Positions 18,091 to 27,662 are shown, counted from the stretch's first letter. The stretch is DNA of 64,000 nt from an uncultured Gammaproteobacteria bacterium (GCA_964540825.1 CAZINT010000003.1:147250-211249), one strand, 5' to 3'. Numbers and translations: made by a program. The notes: generated by a model from the sequence alone, not told the origin.

Positions 18091-18933
18091 GAGAGGAGGA
18101 TACCCCATTTGTTCCGGGCTGGGGAGAGGGCCATAGGTCCCATTGTAGCGCGGCCCACCTGGCGGCGGCGGAATCAGCGGAGTTGGGTTACCAGGACTCC
18201 AGACCCCCGAACCGGGCTGTCCGGGCTGCGGGCCAGTTTGGAAAAAGGCTTGCGGCCCGGTTCCAGGCCTGATTCCTGCCGGCGGCGGGAGCGGTGGCGG
18301 GAGTGGCAGCGGAGCTCCGGGTGCCCGATAACCCCCTGGTGGCAAGAGTCTGCCTCCGGGGGCTTGGTACCGCAGGCCGCCCGAGGGCGGATCGCCCCCC
18401 GGACAAGGCGGCTGCCCGAGTCCGCCACAGAAACGCGCACCAAGGATGCCGAGCGCTGCAGCAGCAGGAACTAGCAGGTTCAACGGTGAAAGTGTGCCTG
18501 GTGCGGCGAGCGGAGCAAGATCGGCGCCTTTTAGATCAAGGTGGTAGTGGTACTTCTCGAGGGCGTCCTGCATCTTCTCGATATCCATTTCGGGGTGGCG
18601 CGAAAGATAGTCGCGCACAGCTTCGGAGCCGATATGCCTGATCAGATTAGCCCGCGCAAGACGAGGAATCGAGCCCCACTCCTCAGGGGTATACCTATGC
18701 GGGGTCTCGATGTAGTCCGTTAGTCCGCACACCGGACAGTGCCCCTGGGGCTTGATGCGAACCAGCGGTGGCACTTCGAACACCATCACAGTGGCATCTG
18801 GCATGATCTCGGCAGGTGGCTGGCCGGCCTCGCGCATGCCCTCGTGGTTACAAATATGGGGCTGGTAGGCAAAGGCCCGCACGCTGGCGAACCAGCACAG
18901 CAGCATCACGGCCAATGTCACAATTCTTTTCAC
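17716..18933 (-). CDS. Secreted modular protein, type-A C-terminal module (unique Cys/His N-domain + Pro/Gly-rich linker)
   Basis: GTG start with perfect SD AGGAGGTGA; signal peptide MKRIVTLAVMLLCWFASVRAFA; PPLPPP/TPTPPTTPTP linkers; hydrophobic C-terminus GLLAVGAIVAGGMVALDVVAL...WQLVGP. Confidence 0.7.
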   Translation of the reverse strand: MKRIVTLAVMLLCWFASVRAFAYQPHICNHEGMREAGQPPAEIMPDATVMVFEVPPLVRIKPQGHCPVCGLTDYIETPHRYTPEEWGSIPRLARANLIRHIGSEAVRDYLSRHPEMDIEKMQDALEKYHYHLDLKGADLAPLAAPGTLSPLNLLVPAAAALGILGARFCGGLGQPPCPGGDPPSGGLRYQAPGGRLLPPGGYRAPGAPLPLPPPLPPPAGIRPGTGPQAFFQTGPQPGQPGSGVWSPGNPTPLIPPPPGGPRYNGTYGPLPSPEQMGYPPLTPTPPTTPTPQTVRIWSGPGSMFGDVTAARRRGLVIGPGGRPDYISPDGSNGRATLAGLLAVGAIVAGGMVALDVVALSSAYTATLPAGAPAGSYWVQIGNSIWQLVGPAAPTAPLLLSPALPR

Positions 18934-19222
18934 AGATCACCTCCTGCTCGCCACGGCGAGCGTCGTTGTTTGATACCCTGAACAGAGTGCCGCCTCAAAC
19001 CAATAAGGCTGCTCCCACATGTCGTTCTTCTTTCCTCCTTTTTTAAAAATCAATCCAGTGACCAAGTACTTCCTGATCGCTAGAATATTATTTTAAAATA
19101 AGTATTTTTTATATTTTCACCCCTCTCGTTCAAAGTCAGTGGTTCCTTGTTTGTTTCCTAAGCATAAGAAACAAAGTGAGGGCGACTTTGAACGAGAGAA
19201 GAATTTGCAAGCCGCCCGGTTG

Positions 19223-20203
19223 TCAGTGCTGACGATCACGCCGCGGCTGACCGGAGATCAGCATCTGATAGAGCTGCCGTGCTCTGGCTCGCCAGTACTG
19301 CTCACGCTGCGCACGGAAAAGCGGACGGTTGATATTACTTGGCTGGCTGCCAGTGTTAGGGTGGTGGTACTGGTAACCAATGGGTCCGCGGTGGATATGC
19401 CGCGGCAGCTCAACCAGCGGACTTCCCTGCCGCTGACCATCGTGATGTAGCTCGACCGGTTTGCCAAAAAACTTGTCGAGCGGGGGTGAGCCGTTGGCCA
19501 TGAGGAGCAAGTTGAACAAGTTCATCTCGTAGTAGAGACCGGCCCAGCCCTGATGCCGGAACGGCGCTGACCCATCGGAATTGAACTGGTTGCGGAGTGC
19601 CTGATAACTCATGTCGAGGACACCAGTCATCGTAGTCCCCACAAAAGGTGGCTGCGCGTCTTCTTCAGCTGCCACATAGTAACAAGTCTCGTCGACTGGT
19701 GTTCCTGGAGCAAAGAACGACTGGTTTCCCAGCGATTGTCCGGGCAACACGAGGCCACGACCTTGCGGCATCGGCTCGCCAAAAGCAGGAGCGCTGCCAG
19801 GTATCCCCGGCAAACGAAGCGGGCCAACGAGCGGCTGACCGGGCAACTGGAGTGTTTGGGGGCCACCAGGCAGACCTGGTCCACTCAAACCGCCGCCACC
19901 TTCCACTGCCGGACCGGAAACCGGCGGAAGCGGCAACCGCTGACCAGGGCCAGGGCCTCCAACCGGTCCGATAGTGTCAGTTCGCTGCCCGGTCGGAAGA
20001 TTCGGAAGATATTCGCCGACAAGTGGCGAAGCTGGCGCTCCACCACCCAGTGGCGGAAGCCCGGGCGCACCACGCCCCGGAATACGGAACGCAGGCGGCG
20101 GGAATCCTCGTTGGATGACCTGAGCCCTTACCGCATAGGGCGTAAAGAGCGCCACCGCACAGACGAGCACTGCAAGACACGATCGCAAACACCTGAATGG
20201 CAT
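19223..20203 (-). CDS. Secreted Pro/Gly-rich protein with a unique C-terminal globular domain
   Basis: SD AAGGAGG; signal peptide MPFRCLRSCLAVLVCAVALFTPYAVRA; long PG-rich linker; its own long inverted-repeat terminator at 19121..19192. Confidence 0.65.
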   Translation of the reverse strand: MPFRCLRSCLAVLVCAVALFTPYAVRAQVIQRGFPPPAFRIPGRGAPGLPPLGGGAPASPLVGEYLPNLPTGQRTDTIGPVGGPGPGQRLPLPPVSGPAVEGGGGLSGPGLPGGPQTLQLPGQPLVGPLRLPGIPGSAPAFGEPMPQGRGLVLPGQSLGNQSFFAPGTPVDETCYYVAAEEDAQPPFVGTTMTGVLDMSYQALRNQFNSDGSAPFRHQGWAGLYYEMNLFNLLLMANGSPPLDKFFGKPVELHHDGQRQGSPLVELPRHIHRGPIGYQYHHPNTGSQPSNINRPLFRAQREQYWRARARQLYQMLISGQPRRDRQH

Positions 20204-20313
20204 GTACAGCCTCCTTATGAGTTACTATTCAAGCAGACACTTTTTTCACAATGCTTCAATTTTCCCTACATCATACTTTCCCCTCCCTCCCCACTCCAAG
20301 AAATATTCTTGAC

Positions 20314-20341
20314 GTCGGAAGGAAGACTCGCGAAGCGAGTC
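20314..20341 (-). terminator. Conserved family terminator (GACTCGC-gaa-GCGAGTC + TTCCTTCC)
   Basis: Same CCTG-GACTC-loop-GAGTC-TTC motif as the other five cassette terminators. Confidence 0.5.
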
Positions 20342-20374
20342 AGGATGATCAATGAGCGGAGGCGGGTTCTCCCC

Positions 20375-21334
20375 TTACTGCAGCAGTGGCAGCAGGAGCC
20401 CGGGGGGCCTTGTGCCGGGTAGGACTGGGAGACCGGGCCCCGAGGGCGGCAGGCGCAGCGGGCCTAGCGGGAGGGTGGCAGTGGGGGTGAGAAGCACCGC
20501 TCCAGCAGCGGCAGCAGCAGGGATCAGTCGATAGGCCTGTTTGGTCGCAGCGTCGACCACTGCCAGGCAGCGTCCCGGAACTGCAGCACAGGCGGTACCG
20601 ACGACGGCGACAGCTTGAGCCGTGTAGTAGGCTCCGACCAAGATGACGATGCCGCCTGAGACGAGTGCGCCGTTGACGGCGACCTGGAGGGGGGTCTCCG
20701 GGTAGCCGCCGAAGGCTCCTCCGCCGTCGGGGACCCAGCCGCGGAGGCCGCCAAGGGGATTTTGACCAAAGGCTCCGGGGGTGGGATAGGCAGGCAGGAG
20801 ACCGCGATTGAGCTGCCCATCAGGGACACCCAGCGGTCGCCAGCCTTTGTATGCAGCCTGCGGCGCCTGCACACGAGCAGGCCCACGTGGCGTATCATTG
20901 CACTCCAAACTCCCGACAGTCGGAATGGCGTTGCCTTGGCATACCATTGGTCCGGGTATACCCTGAACACTGAAGAGGGAGACACCGGGGAACATGGAGC
21001 GAATCATAGATTCATTTCCATCCTGCATACTGTAGGGGTAAAGTGTAAGGCGCCACACTCCCACGCCGAAGTCTCCGGTCTCCACGTCCCGAACATAGCA
21101 GTGATCAGCGGCACCGGGCCGTTGGCGCCAGAGCTGCCAATGACCGTGCTCCGGCGGGCTGCCGTTCACCCGACTGGTCCGAAGCAAATAGAAGTTTGGC
21201 CCGGGGAAAACCAGCACCACCACGTTGCAGACCACCATAATATCCCTATTGTCAGGTGGCGGAACTGCTTGTGCGAGTGGTGGCTGACTGGCCAGCGCCA
21301 ACAGCAGCAAGGCTATCATTTTCAACCAACGCAT
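20375..21334 (-). CDS. Secreted modular protein, type-B C-terminal module
   Basis: Start at internal Met MRWLKMIALLLLALASQPPLAQA (signal peptide, SD AAGGAAGG); C-terminal module PLQVAVNGALVSGGIVILVGAYY..GTACAAVPGRCL..LIPAAAAAGAVLLTP + Leu/Pro tail. Confidence 0.65.
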   Translation of the reverse strand: MRWLKMIALLLLALASQPPLAQAVPPPDNRDIMVVCNVVVLVFPGPNFYLLRTSRVNGSPPEHGHWQLWRQRPGAADHCYVRDVETGDFGVGVWRLTLYPYSMQDGNESMIRSMFPGVSLFSVQGIPGPMVCQGNAIPTVGSLECNDTPRGPARVQAPQAAYKGWRPLGVPDGQLNRGLLPAYPTPGAFGQNPLGGLRGWVPDGGGAFGGYPETPLQVAVNGALVSGGIVILVGAYYTAQAVAVVGTACAAVPGRCLAVVDAATKQAYRLIPAAAAAGAVLLTPTATLPLGPLRLPPSGPGLPVLPGTRPPGLLLPLLQ

Positions 21335-21657
21335 GCGTTTGTCCTTCCTTTTGTGATGTCTACGAGTTTGCCGACCGCCGGCACACTTTTCTCCTCTCCC
21401 GAAAAACATGTTTATATTTTTCGGGAGAGAAATAAATTCAAACATTCTCATCGTGAATATAATGAGAATAAGTACATGTTCAAATTTTTCCTTTAGTGAT
21501 ACTCACAAGCGTAAGTATTCAACACAGGAGCCGAAGAGTGTCGGCTGCACCTAGTTACTTTTTTCTTAATCTACCTACGACCACCACCTGACTCGCATCA
21601 GGTGGTGGTCGTCCCCTCCTGTGAATCCGGTCTCACGCGCCGGCGACGGTTGGATTG

Positions 21658-23385
21658 CTATCGGCGATAGGCGAAGCCGAACTCCGGAAGGACGGTGAAG
21701 CTCTCACGAGAGTAGCCCGTCGTCTGGCTTGGCATGACGAGCACCACGTTGTCCGGATTGGACCGATCGACTACCGGCTCTCCAGTCACGAGTTCGCCAG
21801 TTGACCGCAGGTACCCGACGGTAGCAGCAGCAAAGAAACCGAACTGGCGACGAATACCGCTCTTGCCCAGGTAGACCTCGATCGATGGCTTGAACCCCAG
21901 CAAGAAGTACTTCTTCGAAGAATCGCCCTTCTGACGGAACTCTTCGTCTGACAGGTCATGACCGCCACCGCCGATGACAACCCCGAGATCGATAGCAACA
22001 TTTGGACTGGGGTTATAAGAATACCCTCCGTACCCGACAGCAGCGACATCATTCCTGCCTGAGAGCTGCAGGCTCAGACCTCCACAGATGGCGTTGTTGC
22101 TCAGCTGGTTGTGAAAGAAACAGAACTTGCCGCCCAGATTTCCACCAAGCGCACCCTCGCGATTCAGCTCGTAGCGAAAGAGTCCGCCCCCGTAGAGCGT
22201 CATCATGAAGTTGCTGTCACCCCGGTCCGCCTGGATCAGGGCCCGCTGAGCGCCGATAGCACCGGTGCAGTATTGGGCGACCTGGATGGGATCGAAATTC
22301 TCGCCGCCGGCCACGTTCCGACGCACCCACCGCTCGCAATCCTTCGCGCTGCTGAACTCCGGGGGGTTGGCGGGGTTGCCGGTGAGCGGCCGGCTACCGA
22401 CCTGAGCCTGAGGCAGTGTTGCTCCGGGCGGCTGAGCAGTCTGGGGGTTGCAGTAGGCATTCACCCCCTCTGGGGTGTTCTGCGCGGCGGTCCCGACCGC
22501 CTTGAGATACTCCCAGGTCTTGGCCACGCAGTCGGGGCTGCCCGGCTGCGGCTGCTGGGGTGCCTGACCCTGGATGCGCGGAGCCAGCTGGTGGGCCTGC
22601 GCCGTGAGCGTCTGGCACGTGGCGTCCTTCCCCTGAGGGTCGTGCTGGTAACAGCAGCCCACTACCATGCCCTTGTTTGAGAAGCACTGCTGCAGGTTGC
22701 CTCCCAGGCTGGCATCGGCCACACGTGCGACCCGGCACAGGGAAACGTTTGCCGACTCGGCAGGGAAAGAGTCGCAGCAGGCCCGCACTCGCTCGTTGAC
22801 GGCCTGAGGGGTATTGTAGCTTGCGTCCGCGGTTGGTGATGGGGCGGTCGTCTGGGCGAGACACGTCTCGAGGAGCTGAGCGGGCGGAACAGCCGCAGGC
22901 CCCGCGGTGAGGGGGGCGCCCGCCGTGCCCGGCAGGGGCGCCGGAGGGGCGGACTGCGGAGCCACAGGAGGGGCAGCCGCAGGGGCGGGGGCGGCTGGCG
23001 TGGAGGCGACGGCGACGGGCGGCGACGTACTGCTCAGCTGAGTGACAGCACCGCTCGCCTGCTGGCACAGGCTCCTGAAGAGGCGGCCGTTCGGCGTGTT
23101 GGTCTGCTGAGCAAGGTGGTTTGACCAGCAGCAATTCTGGGTTCCGCGCCAATAAGCCGCCAAGTCCTTGCTCTTGTCCGGGACCACCGTCAGGCAGCCC
23201 TTCATGGCAGCAACCGATGCGTCGATCATCTCCCGTGAGGGCGGGCCAGCTACTTGCGCTGTGGGGGCGCTGGGCTGGCTGCTGGCCGCCGGCTTGGCAT
23301 CGGCGTTGGCGTGCAGTGGCGCGAGCCACAGCAAGAGTAGCGTCAGCAAAGCCGCTGACAGGCACGAAAACTTGGATCGTGACAT
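21658..23385 (-). CDS. Secreted Cys-rich repeat protein with a Gly/aromatic-rich beta-type C-terminal domain
   Basis: Start at MSRSKFSCLSAALLTLLLLWLAPLHANA with SD AAGGAGG; three or more C..CC..C repeats separated by Ala/Pro linkers; C-terminal about 200 aa with alternating hydrophobic/Gly/aromatic pattern ending FGFAYRR. Confidence 0.65.
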   Translation of the reverse strand: MSRSKFSCLSAALLTLLLLWLAPLHANADAKPAASSQPSAPTAQVAGPPSREMIDASVAAMKGCLTVVPDKSKDLAAYWRGTQNCCWSNHLAQQTNTPNGRLFRSLCQQASGAVTQLSSTSPPVAVASTPAAPAPAAAPPVAPQSAPPAPLPGTAGAPLTAGPAAVPPAQLLETCLAQTTAPSPTADASYNTPQAVNERVRACCDSFPAESANVSLCRVARVADASLGGNLQQCFSNKGMVVGCCYQHDPQGKDATCQTLTAQAHQLAPRIQGQAPQQPQPGSPDCVAKTWEYLKAVGTAAQNTPEGVNAYCNPQTAQPPGATLPQAQVGSRPLTGNPANPPEFSSAKDCERWVRRNVAGGENFDPIQVAQYCTGAIGAQRALIQADRGDSNFMMTLYGGGLFRYELNREGALGGNLGGKFCFFHNQLSNNAICGGLSLQLSGRNDVAAVGYGGYSYNPSPNVAIDLGVVIGGGGHDLSDEEFRQKGDSSKKYFLLGFKPSIEVYLGKSGIRRQFGFFAAATVGYLRSTGELVTGEPVVDRSNPDNVVLVMPSQTTGYSRESFTVLPEFGFAYRR

Positions 23386-23817
23386 TGGACGGACCTCCTT
23401 GCCCACTCTGGGCAATGACTGATGGTTTCAATCTTTTTCAATCAGTGGGCAGCCACTTTGGCCGCCATGATGAATACGATATCCCCCATTCAGCTAAGAC
23501 AAATAGGCTCTCTACCGGTCTTAATTGAATGGGGGAATTTTTCTAATTATTTTTTAAATGAACACACACTGTATTCGTCCTTATTTGTCAGACAGTCTAA
23601 CAATCTAAAATTGCTCTGGGTAAAGGACAATGTTTTTCAGAGCAAAACGAGTAGTACCACATTTTGGCCGAAACGTCAATATAGGTTGAGGTTTTTGTAT
23701 CCACAGATCAAATTAGGTCTTTTTTAGCTAAAAAAATAATCTTTTATCGTGATTACCGCCTCCTCCCGGGATTCAAGCTGTAGTTACATTTCTTTTTTAA
23801 ACTGAAATATCTATACT

Positions 23818-23848
23818 TAAAAAACTTACTTAAAAAGTAAGTTTTTTA
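23818..23848. terminator. Perfect bidirectional hairpin terminator
   Basis: aaaaaacttactt-aaaaa-gtaagtttttt. Confidence 0.6.
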
Positions 23849-23902
23849 GCGAATATTCAGCATCTTTTTCTTTCTTGAACTCCAAGATACATGCTTAGAA
23901 TA

Positions 23903-23965
23903 CCAGAAAGAAAGACCCACGAATGGGTCAGGCGGAGGATGACCGGCCGAAGCCAGGGTCATCCA
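23903..23965 (-). terminator. Conserved family terminator cassette, copy identical to 17626..17690
   Basis: GACCCACGAATGGGTC hairpin plus upstream GGATGACC..GGTCATCC hairpin. Confidence 0.55.
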
Positions 23966-24376
23966 CCTGGGGGTGGAAGGTACGTTCGGCGCTACCGAGG
24001 CAGCGCGGGCGAGAGAAGGAGGGGCGCGGTCGGAGCAGCCGGTCCGACGAGCTGCCAGATACTGTTTCCGATCTGCACCCAGTACGAGCCGGCGGGGGCG
24101 CCGGCGGGAAGGGTTGCAGTGTAGGCGCTGCTCAGGGCAACGACGTCGAGGGCGACCATGCCTCCGGCGACGATCGCTCCAACAGCGAGGAGGCCGGCGA
24201 GCGTAGCTCTGCCGTTCGAGCCGTCCGGCGACATGTAGTCCGGGCGGCCGCCCGGACCGATGATGAGACCCTTTCTTCGAGCGGCTGTTACATCTGCGAA
24301 CACCCAATCGGTCCAACTGCCCCTACCACTCCAGACGCGGACGGTCTGAGGGGTGGGGGTGGTGGGAGGGGTGGGA
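23911..24376. repeat. About 455-bp direct repeat copy 2 (pairs with 17635..18090)
   Basis: See copy 1. Confidence 0.85.
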
Positions 24377-24975
24377 GATTGGCCAGGCTGTTGAAGCCCC
24401 ATTCCCGGTCCTTGTAGGCCTGGGAGCGGGCTGGGGGGCGGCGGGTATGTAGGAAGACGAAGCGGACCGGGGGCAGGGGTGTATTGGCCAGGGAGGGGCA
24501 GACCCGGAGGTTGGCCTTGAGGGCCGGATGGCGTTCCCATCATCATCTTCAGACCGGGCGGATAGTACCGCCCACCCGCTTCAAATACGGTTGGCCCCGA
24601 GGGAGTAGCCTGTATGTACATGGGCGCTCGGGGCGCCGGGTGATCCGGTCCTTGGCCACGCCTGCCATAGCAGGGGTCCTGGGGGTTTTCAGCATTACCA
24701 AAGATCACTTTGTTTTCCGTGATCTGCTGAGCGAGCCGCTGAGAATCGAGGGCATCAAGACTAAACCGATTAACAAAAAATTCCTCGTGCAGACGATTTT
24801 GCACCGCCGACTCTCGGTAGTCCCGTTTGACAATGGACTGGTCGGGGCAGATGTAAAACTGAATAAATATCGGCCGCCCATCCGGCCCCGTCGGGAACAG
24901 CTGAGCGCCGCCTTGTCCGGCCAGAACAAAAAAGAACACTGTCGCGAGAACTACTGTTGCTACTATTCGCGTCAT
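23992..24975 (-). CDS. Secreted modular protein, type-A C-terminal module (different N-domain from 17716..18933)
   Basis: SD AAAGGAGT; signal peptide MTRIVATVVLATVFFFVLAGQGGAQ; C-terminal 110 aa identical to gene 17716..18933. Confidence 0.7.
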   Translation of the reverse strand: MTRIVATVVLATVFFFVLAGQGGAQLFPTGPDGRPIFIQFYICPDQSIVKRDYRESAVQNRLHEEFFVNRFSLDALDSQRLAQQITENKVIFGNAENPQDPCYGRRGQGPDHPAPRAPMYIQATPSGPTVFEAGGRYYPPGLKMMMGTPSGPQGQPPGLPLPGQYTPAPGPLRLPTYPPPPSPLPGLQGPGMGLQQPGQSPTPPTTPTPQTVRVWSGRGSWTDWVFADVTAARRKGLIIGPGGRPDYMSPDGSNGRATLAGLLAVGAIVAGGMVALDVVALSSAYTATLPAGAPAGSYWVQIGNSIWQLVGPAAPTAPLLLSPALPR

Positions 24976-25056
24976 GACGTTGTTACTCCTTTCATGACTG
25001 ACCTAAGACCACTTTGGTGCTTTATTTTTCTCCTTTTCTGGTTTATAAAAAAACCA

Positions 25057-25085
25057 ACTAAACTGTCCTCCAAGAAACATGTCAA
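25057..25085 (-). promoter_or_regulatory. Sigma70-like promoter TTGACA-N17-TTTAGT for gene 23992..24975
   Basis: Hexamers read on the minus strand in the AT-rich spacer. Confidence 0.4.
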
Positions 25086-25167
25086 TTGGTTTTTCTAAAA
25101 AATAATTTTAAATGCATTAAAACAAATATTTTACTTTCCCTTTTCTCACCAGAACACCAAAGTTCCA

Positions 25168-25198
25168 AAGGAAAAAAGGAAGACTCGGCGAGCGAGTC
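25168..25198 (-). terminator. Conserved family terminator (GACTCG-gcgag-CGAGTC + TTCCTTTTTTCC)
   Basis: Same motif class as the other cassette terminators. Confidence 0.5.
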
Positions 25199-25241
25199 GA
25201 GGCAGGAAGTTCAAAGAGCAGCAGACAGCTGCCGGGTACGT

Positions 25242-26333
25242 CTAGCGGAGCAACGGAGCCGCTGGAAGGTACAATGACGCTGCCGGTTTCGCCAGCTGCC
25301 AACCCAAGTTGCCAACCTTGATCCAGATGGATCCGAGCGGAGCGCCCGGTGGCAGTGTTGTTGTGACGGCAGCATCAAGCGCTACCCATTCGAGAGCGAC
25401 GAGGCCGGCAGCCACAACTGATCCGACAGCGAAGAAGCCAACCAGACTGCCTTGGGCGTCTTGCGCCGGATCTCGCGATCCGAGTTCGGGTCCAAAGGGA
25501 CCCCAACGAACACCCCCGGCTCTGGCCTCTTGTTGGCCCTGAAGCCCTTGTCTGAAGGCAGAGAGAAGACCACTACTTACTCCACGGTAGATGCGGAGGC
25601 CGAGGTTGGATGGGGGTGGTAGCTGAAGCGTAGAAGGAGTGCCGGGAAGTGCCGGGGTGGTAAGCTGGGGTGGGAGGCGGAGTGGAGACGCAGGTTGTGC
25701 AAAAACGAGTTCACCACTTGGTGTTGGCGCTCGAAAAAATACCGGTCCACGCCGAGGCAGCGTTTCAGCTACAGGATTTTCTTGTCCGGAAGTCTGGGGT
25801 CCGCGCGGACGGCAATCCCCCACTTTATGTTTTTGGTTACAGGAATTATGTAGACCCCACATCTCCCGAACACCACTCGGATAGTTCCAGTACAGAATCG
25901 AGTACTCGCTTCGAGGCGGACCAAGCACCGGAGCGAGCCCGGCGATATCATCGTCGTTCAAACGGAAGTACTGATCCCCTTTGTATCCTTGGCGCTCTTC
26001 GCGCTCCCCCGGACCAAAAAGATCACGCTGACGCTGCCACCGATAGAGCCAGGTGGTGTCGACCGAGCTCTGCACCTTGTACCACCAACCGCTTGCGCTG
26101 CAGAACCCTTCGATGATGTAGTGAGCCTTTTGACCCGCCCATGGGTCGACGGTTCTTCCCAGCGGCCCGACCTCATGGCCGATTCGGAACTGAATAAGGG
26201 TCGGGTGGTTACAGTGCGGACACAGCGTGCTCGCTTCCGGCTGATGGACGATCTTGGGGTCTTTCTGCCCCCATGCGATAGACGGGCTTGCGAGAAGCCC
26301 GACAAAATAGAGTGCAAGCCAGAACAGTTTCAT
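25242..26333 (-). CDS. Secreted modular protein, divergent type-A C-terminal module
   Basis: SD GGAGGT; signal peptide MKLFWLALYFVGLLASPSIAWGQ; Cys-containing N-domain; C-terminus LVGFFAVGSVVAAGLVALEWVAL..TLPPGAPLGSIWIKVGNLGWQL. Confidence 0.7.
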   Translation of the reverse strand: MKLFWLALYFVGLLASPSIAWGQKDPKIVHQPEASTLCPHCNHPTLIQFRIGHEVGPLGRTVDPWAGQKAHYIIEGFCSASGWWYKVQSSVDTTWLYRWQRQRDLFGPGEREERQGYKGDQYFRLNDDDIAGLAPVLGPPRSEYSILYWNYPSGVREMWGLHNSCNQKHKVGDCRPRGPQTSGQENPVAETLPRRGPVFFRAPTPSGELVFAQPASPLRLPPQLTTPALPGTPSTLQLPPPSNLGLRIYRGVSSGLLSAFRQGLQGQQEARAGGVRWGPFGPELGSRDPAQDAQGSLVGFFAVGSVVAAGLVALEWVALDAAVTTTLPPGAPLGSIWIKVGNLGWQLAKPAASLYLPAAPLLR

Positions 26334-26463
26334 TGAGTACCTCCAACGATGTATAAAATACTTACATAAAGAAGCGTGTGTGTCAATCTAGTTACAAAAA
26401 CCGTCTCGTAATTTTTAGGCAACCACCAGTTCTTTTCCTTCCCTATCTAAGAACAACTTCTTA

Positions 26464-26493
26464 AAGAGAGAAAGAAGACTCAGAAATGAGTCT
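26464..26493 (-). terminator. Conserved family terminator (AGACTCA-gaaa-TGAGTCT + TTCTTTCTCTC)
   Basis: Same motif class. Confidence 0.5.
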
Positions 26494-26543
26494 TGGCGGG
26501 AAGGACAAGGAACATGAGGCGGGCGTGACAAGTACTCACAAGC

Positions 26544-27434
26544 CTACGGCATCCAGAGAGGGGGCGGAGCGGACGGAAGGAGGAGTGGACGCGAAGGTTT
26601 GGCGTCCATCACGGGTGTCAGTACCGTTGCCCCTAGCGAAGCGACTCCGAACACGGGAACCAGACGCCAGATCTGACGAGTAAGGGCATCTTGGACGAGC
26701 TTGCAGCTCGCGGGACTACTCAGACAGGCGCTAGCAAGCACGGTCGCACTCTGGACGAGGTAGACTGACCCATAGTAGACCACGAAACCGCCTGCGATGA
26801 TGGCGCCACCGGCTACGACTTGGGTAGGAGTCACCGGATAGCCGCTGACACCTCCCCCGTCGCCGGGTGACCAGGTGCTGCCAGGCGGAGCGAGGATAAG
26901 GGCGCGCGGGGTGGGGTGGGTGGGATAGGCAGGCGGCTGCGGACCACCCGGGAGGGGTGGGGGCAGGACGGGCGGTGGCGGAGTTGGAAGGGGTGGGGGC
27001 AGGGCAGGCGGCGTAGGGGCGGCGGGTGGCCGGATATTCGGCGCCAGCGGAGCGAGTCCGAACGAGGGCAGGCGTGGAGGGCCAACGAGCACATGTTCGG
27101 CCTCCCCGGGTCTGGGGCGAGCGTAGCGCACCCTGCCATCCGGACCGATCTCGATGACAGGCTGCAAAGCACCGGGCGGCACCGGAGCACCCGGTTCCGC
27201 GGGCTTGACGCCATTTCCCTCGAGCCAACGATCTCCCAAAGACTGCTTGGACGGGACCTCCACCAGCTTCCCATCCTTCCATTCGAAAGCCGGGCCGCCG
27301 CCTCCTGGCTTCGGCGGATCACTCCCTGGCGGCGAGGCATAGGCGAAACGGATCCATAGCACGTTCCAGATTTGATCCGGTCTGACCAGACCAAGCGCGA
27401 CACAACTCAGAATACACAGCAGCAATCGTTGCAT
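26544..27434 (-). CDS. Secreted modular protein, type-B C-terminal module, extremely Pro-rich N-region
   Basis: Start at MQRLLLCILSCVALGL with SD AAGGAGGTG; PPALPPPLPTPPPPVLPPPLPGG linker; C-terminal module VTPTQVVAGGAIIAGGFVVYYG...ASACLSSPASCKL...LGATVLTP. Confidence 0.65.
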   Translation of the reverse strand: MQRLLLCILSCVALGLVRPDQIWNVLWIRFAYASPPGSDPPKPGGGGPAFEWKDGKLVEVPSKQSLGDRWLEGNGVKPAEPGAPVPPGALQPVIEIGPDGRVRYARPRPGEAEHVLVGPPRLPSFGLAPLAPNIRPPAAPTPPALPPPLPTPPPPVLPPPLPGGPQPPAYPTHPTPRALILAPPGSTWSPGDGGGVSGYPVTPTQVVAGGAIIAGGFVVYYGSVYLVQSATVLASACLSSPASCKLVQDALTRQIWRLVPVFGVASLGATVLTPVMDAKPSRPLLLPSAPPPLWMP

Positions 27435-27662
27435 GCGCACCTCCTTTTCAAAAACGTTTTTGGAACAACCTTGCACTGACACAACTGTAGCGGTGCACAA
27501 CTAGCATTTTTACCGCTAGTCATGCCGACTGATTTCAGTTGAGCAGCAGCATTGTGTAGTACACAAAAAATGTGCAATTGTCAAACACATACTCGACTAC
27601 CGCTACCCATAGCTCGCGAAGCTGTTAAATTCACGAACACACACTTTTTCATATCTTTAAAA

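Noticed and set aside
17485-18474. Long plus-strand ORFs inside the G+C-rich island (17485..18474, 19736..20422, 22111..22680, 23923..24417, 26916..27359, 22394..23431 and others)
   Set aside because: They lie antisense to or overlap minus-strand genes that have signal peptides and strong SDs. High G+C suppresses stop codons in all frames. These ORFs have no RBS, run across terminators, and are Arg/Gly/Pro junk.
17635-24376. Diversity-generating retroelement (template/variable repeat) interpretation of the 455-bp repeat
   Set aside because: Differences between the copies are not confined to adenines, the repeat includes non-coding terminator sequence, and no reverse transcriptase is present in the window.
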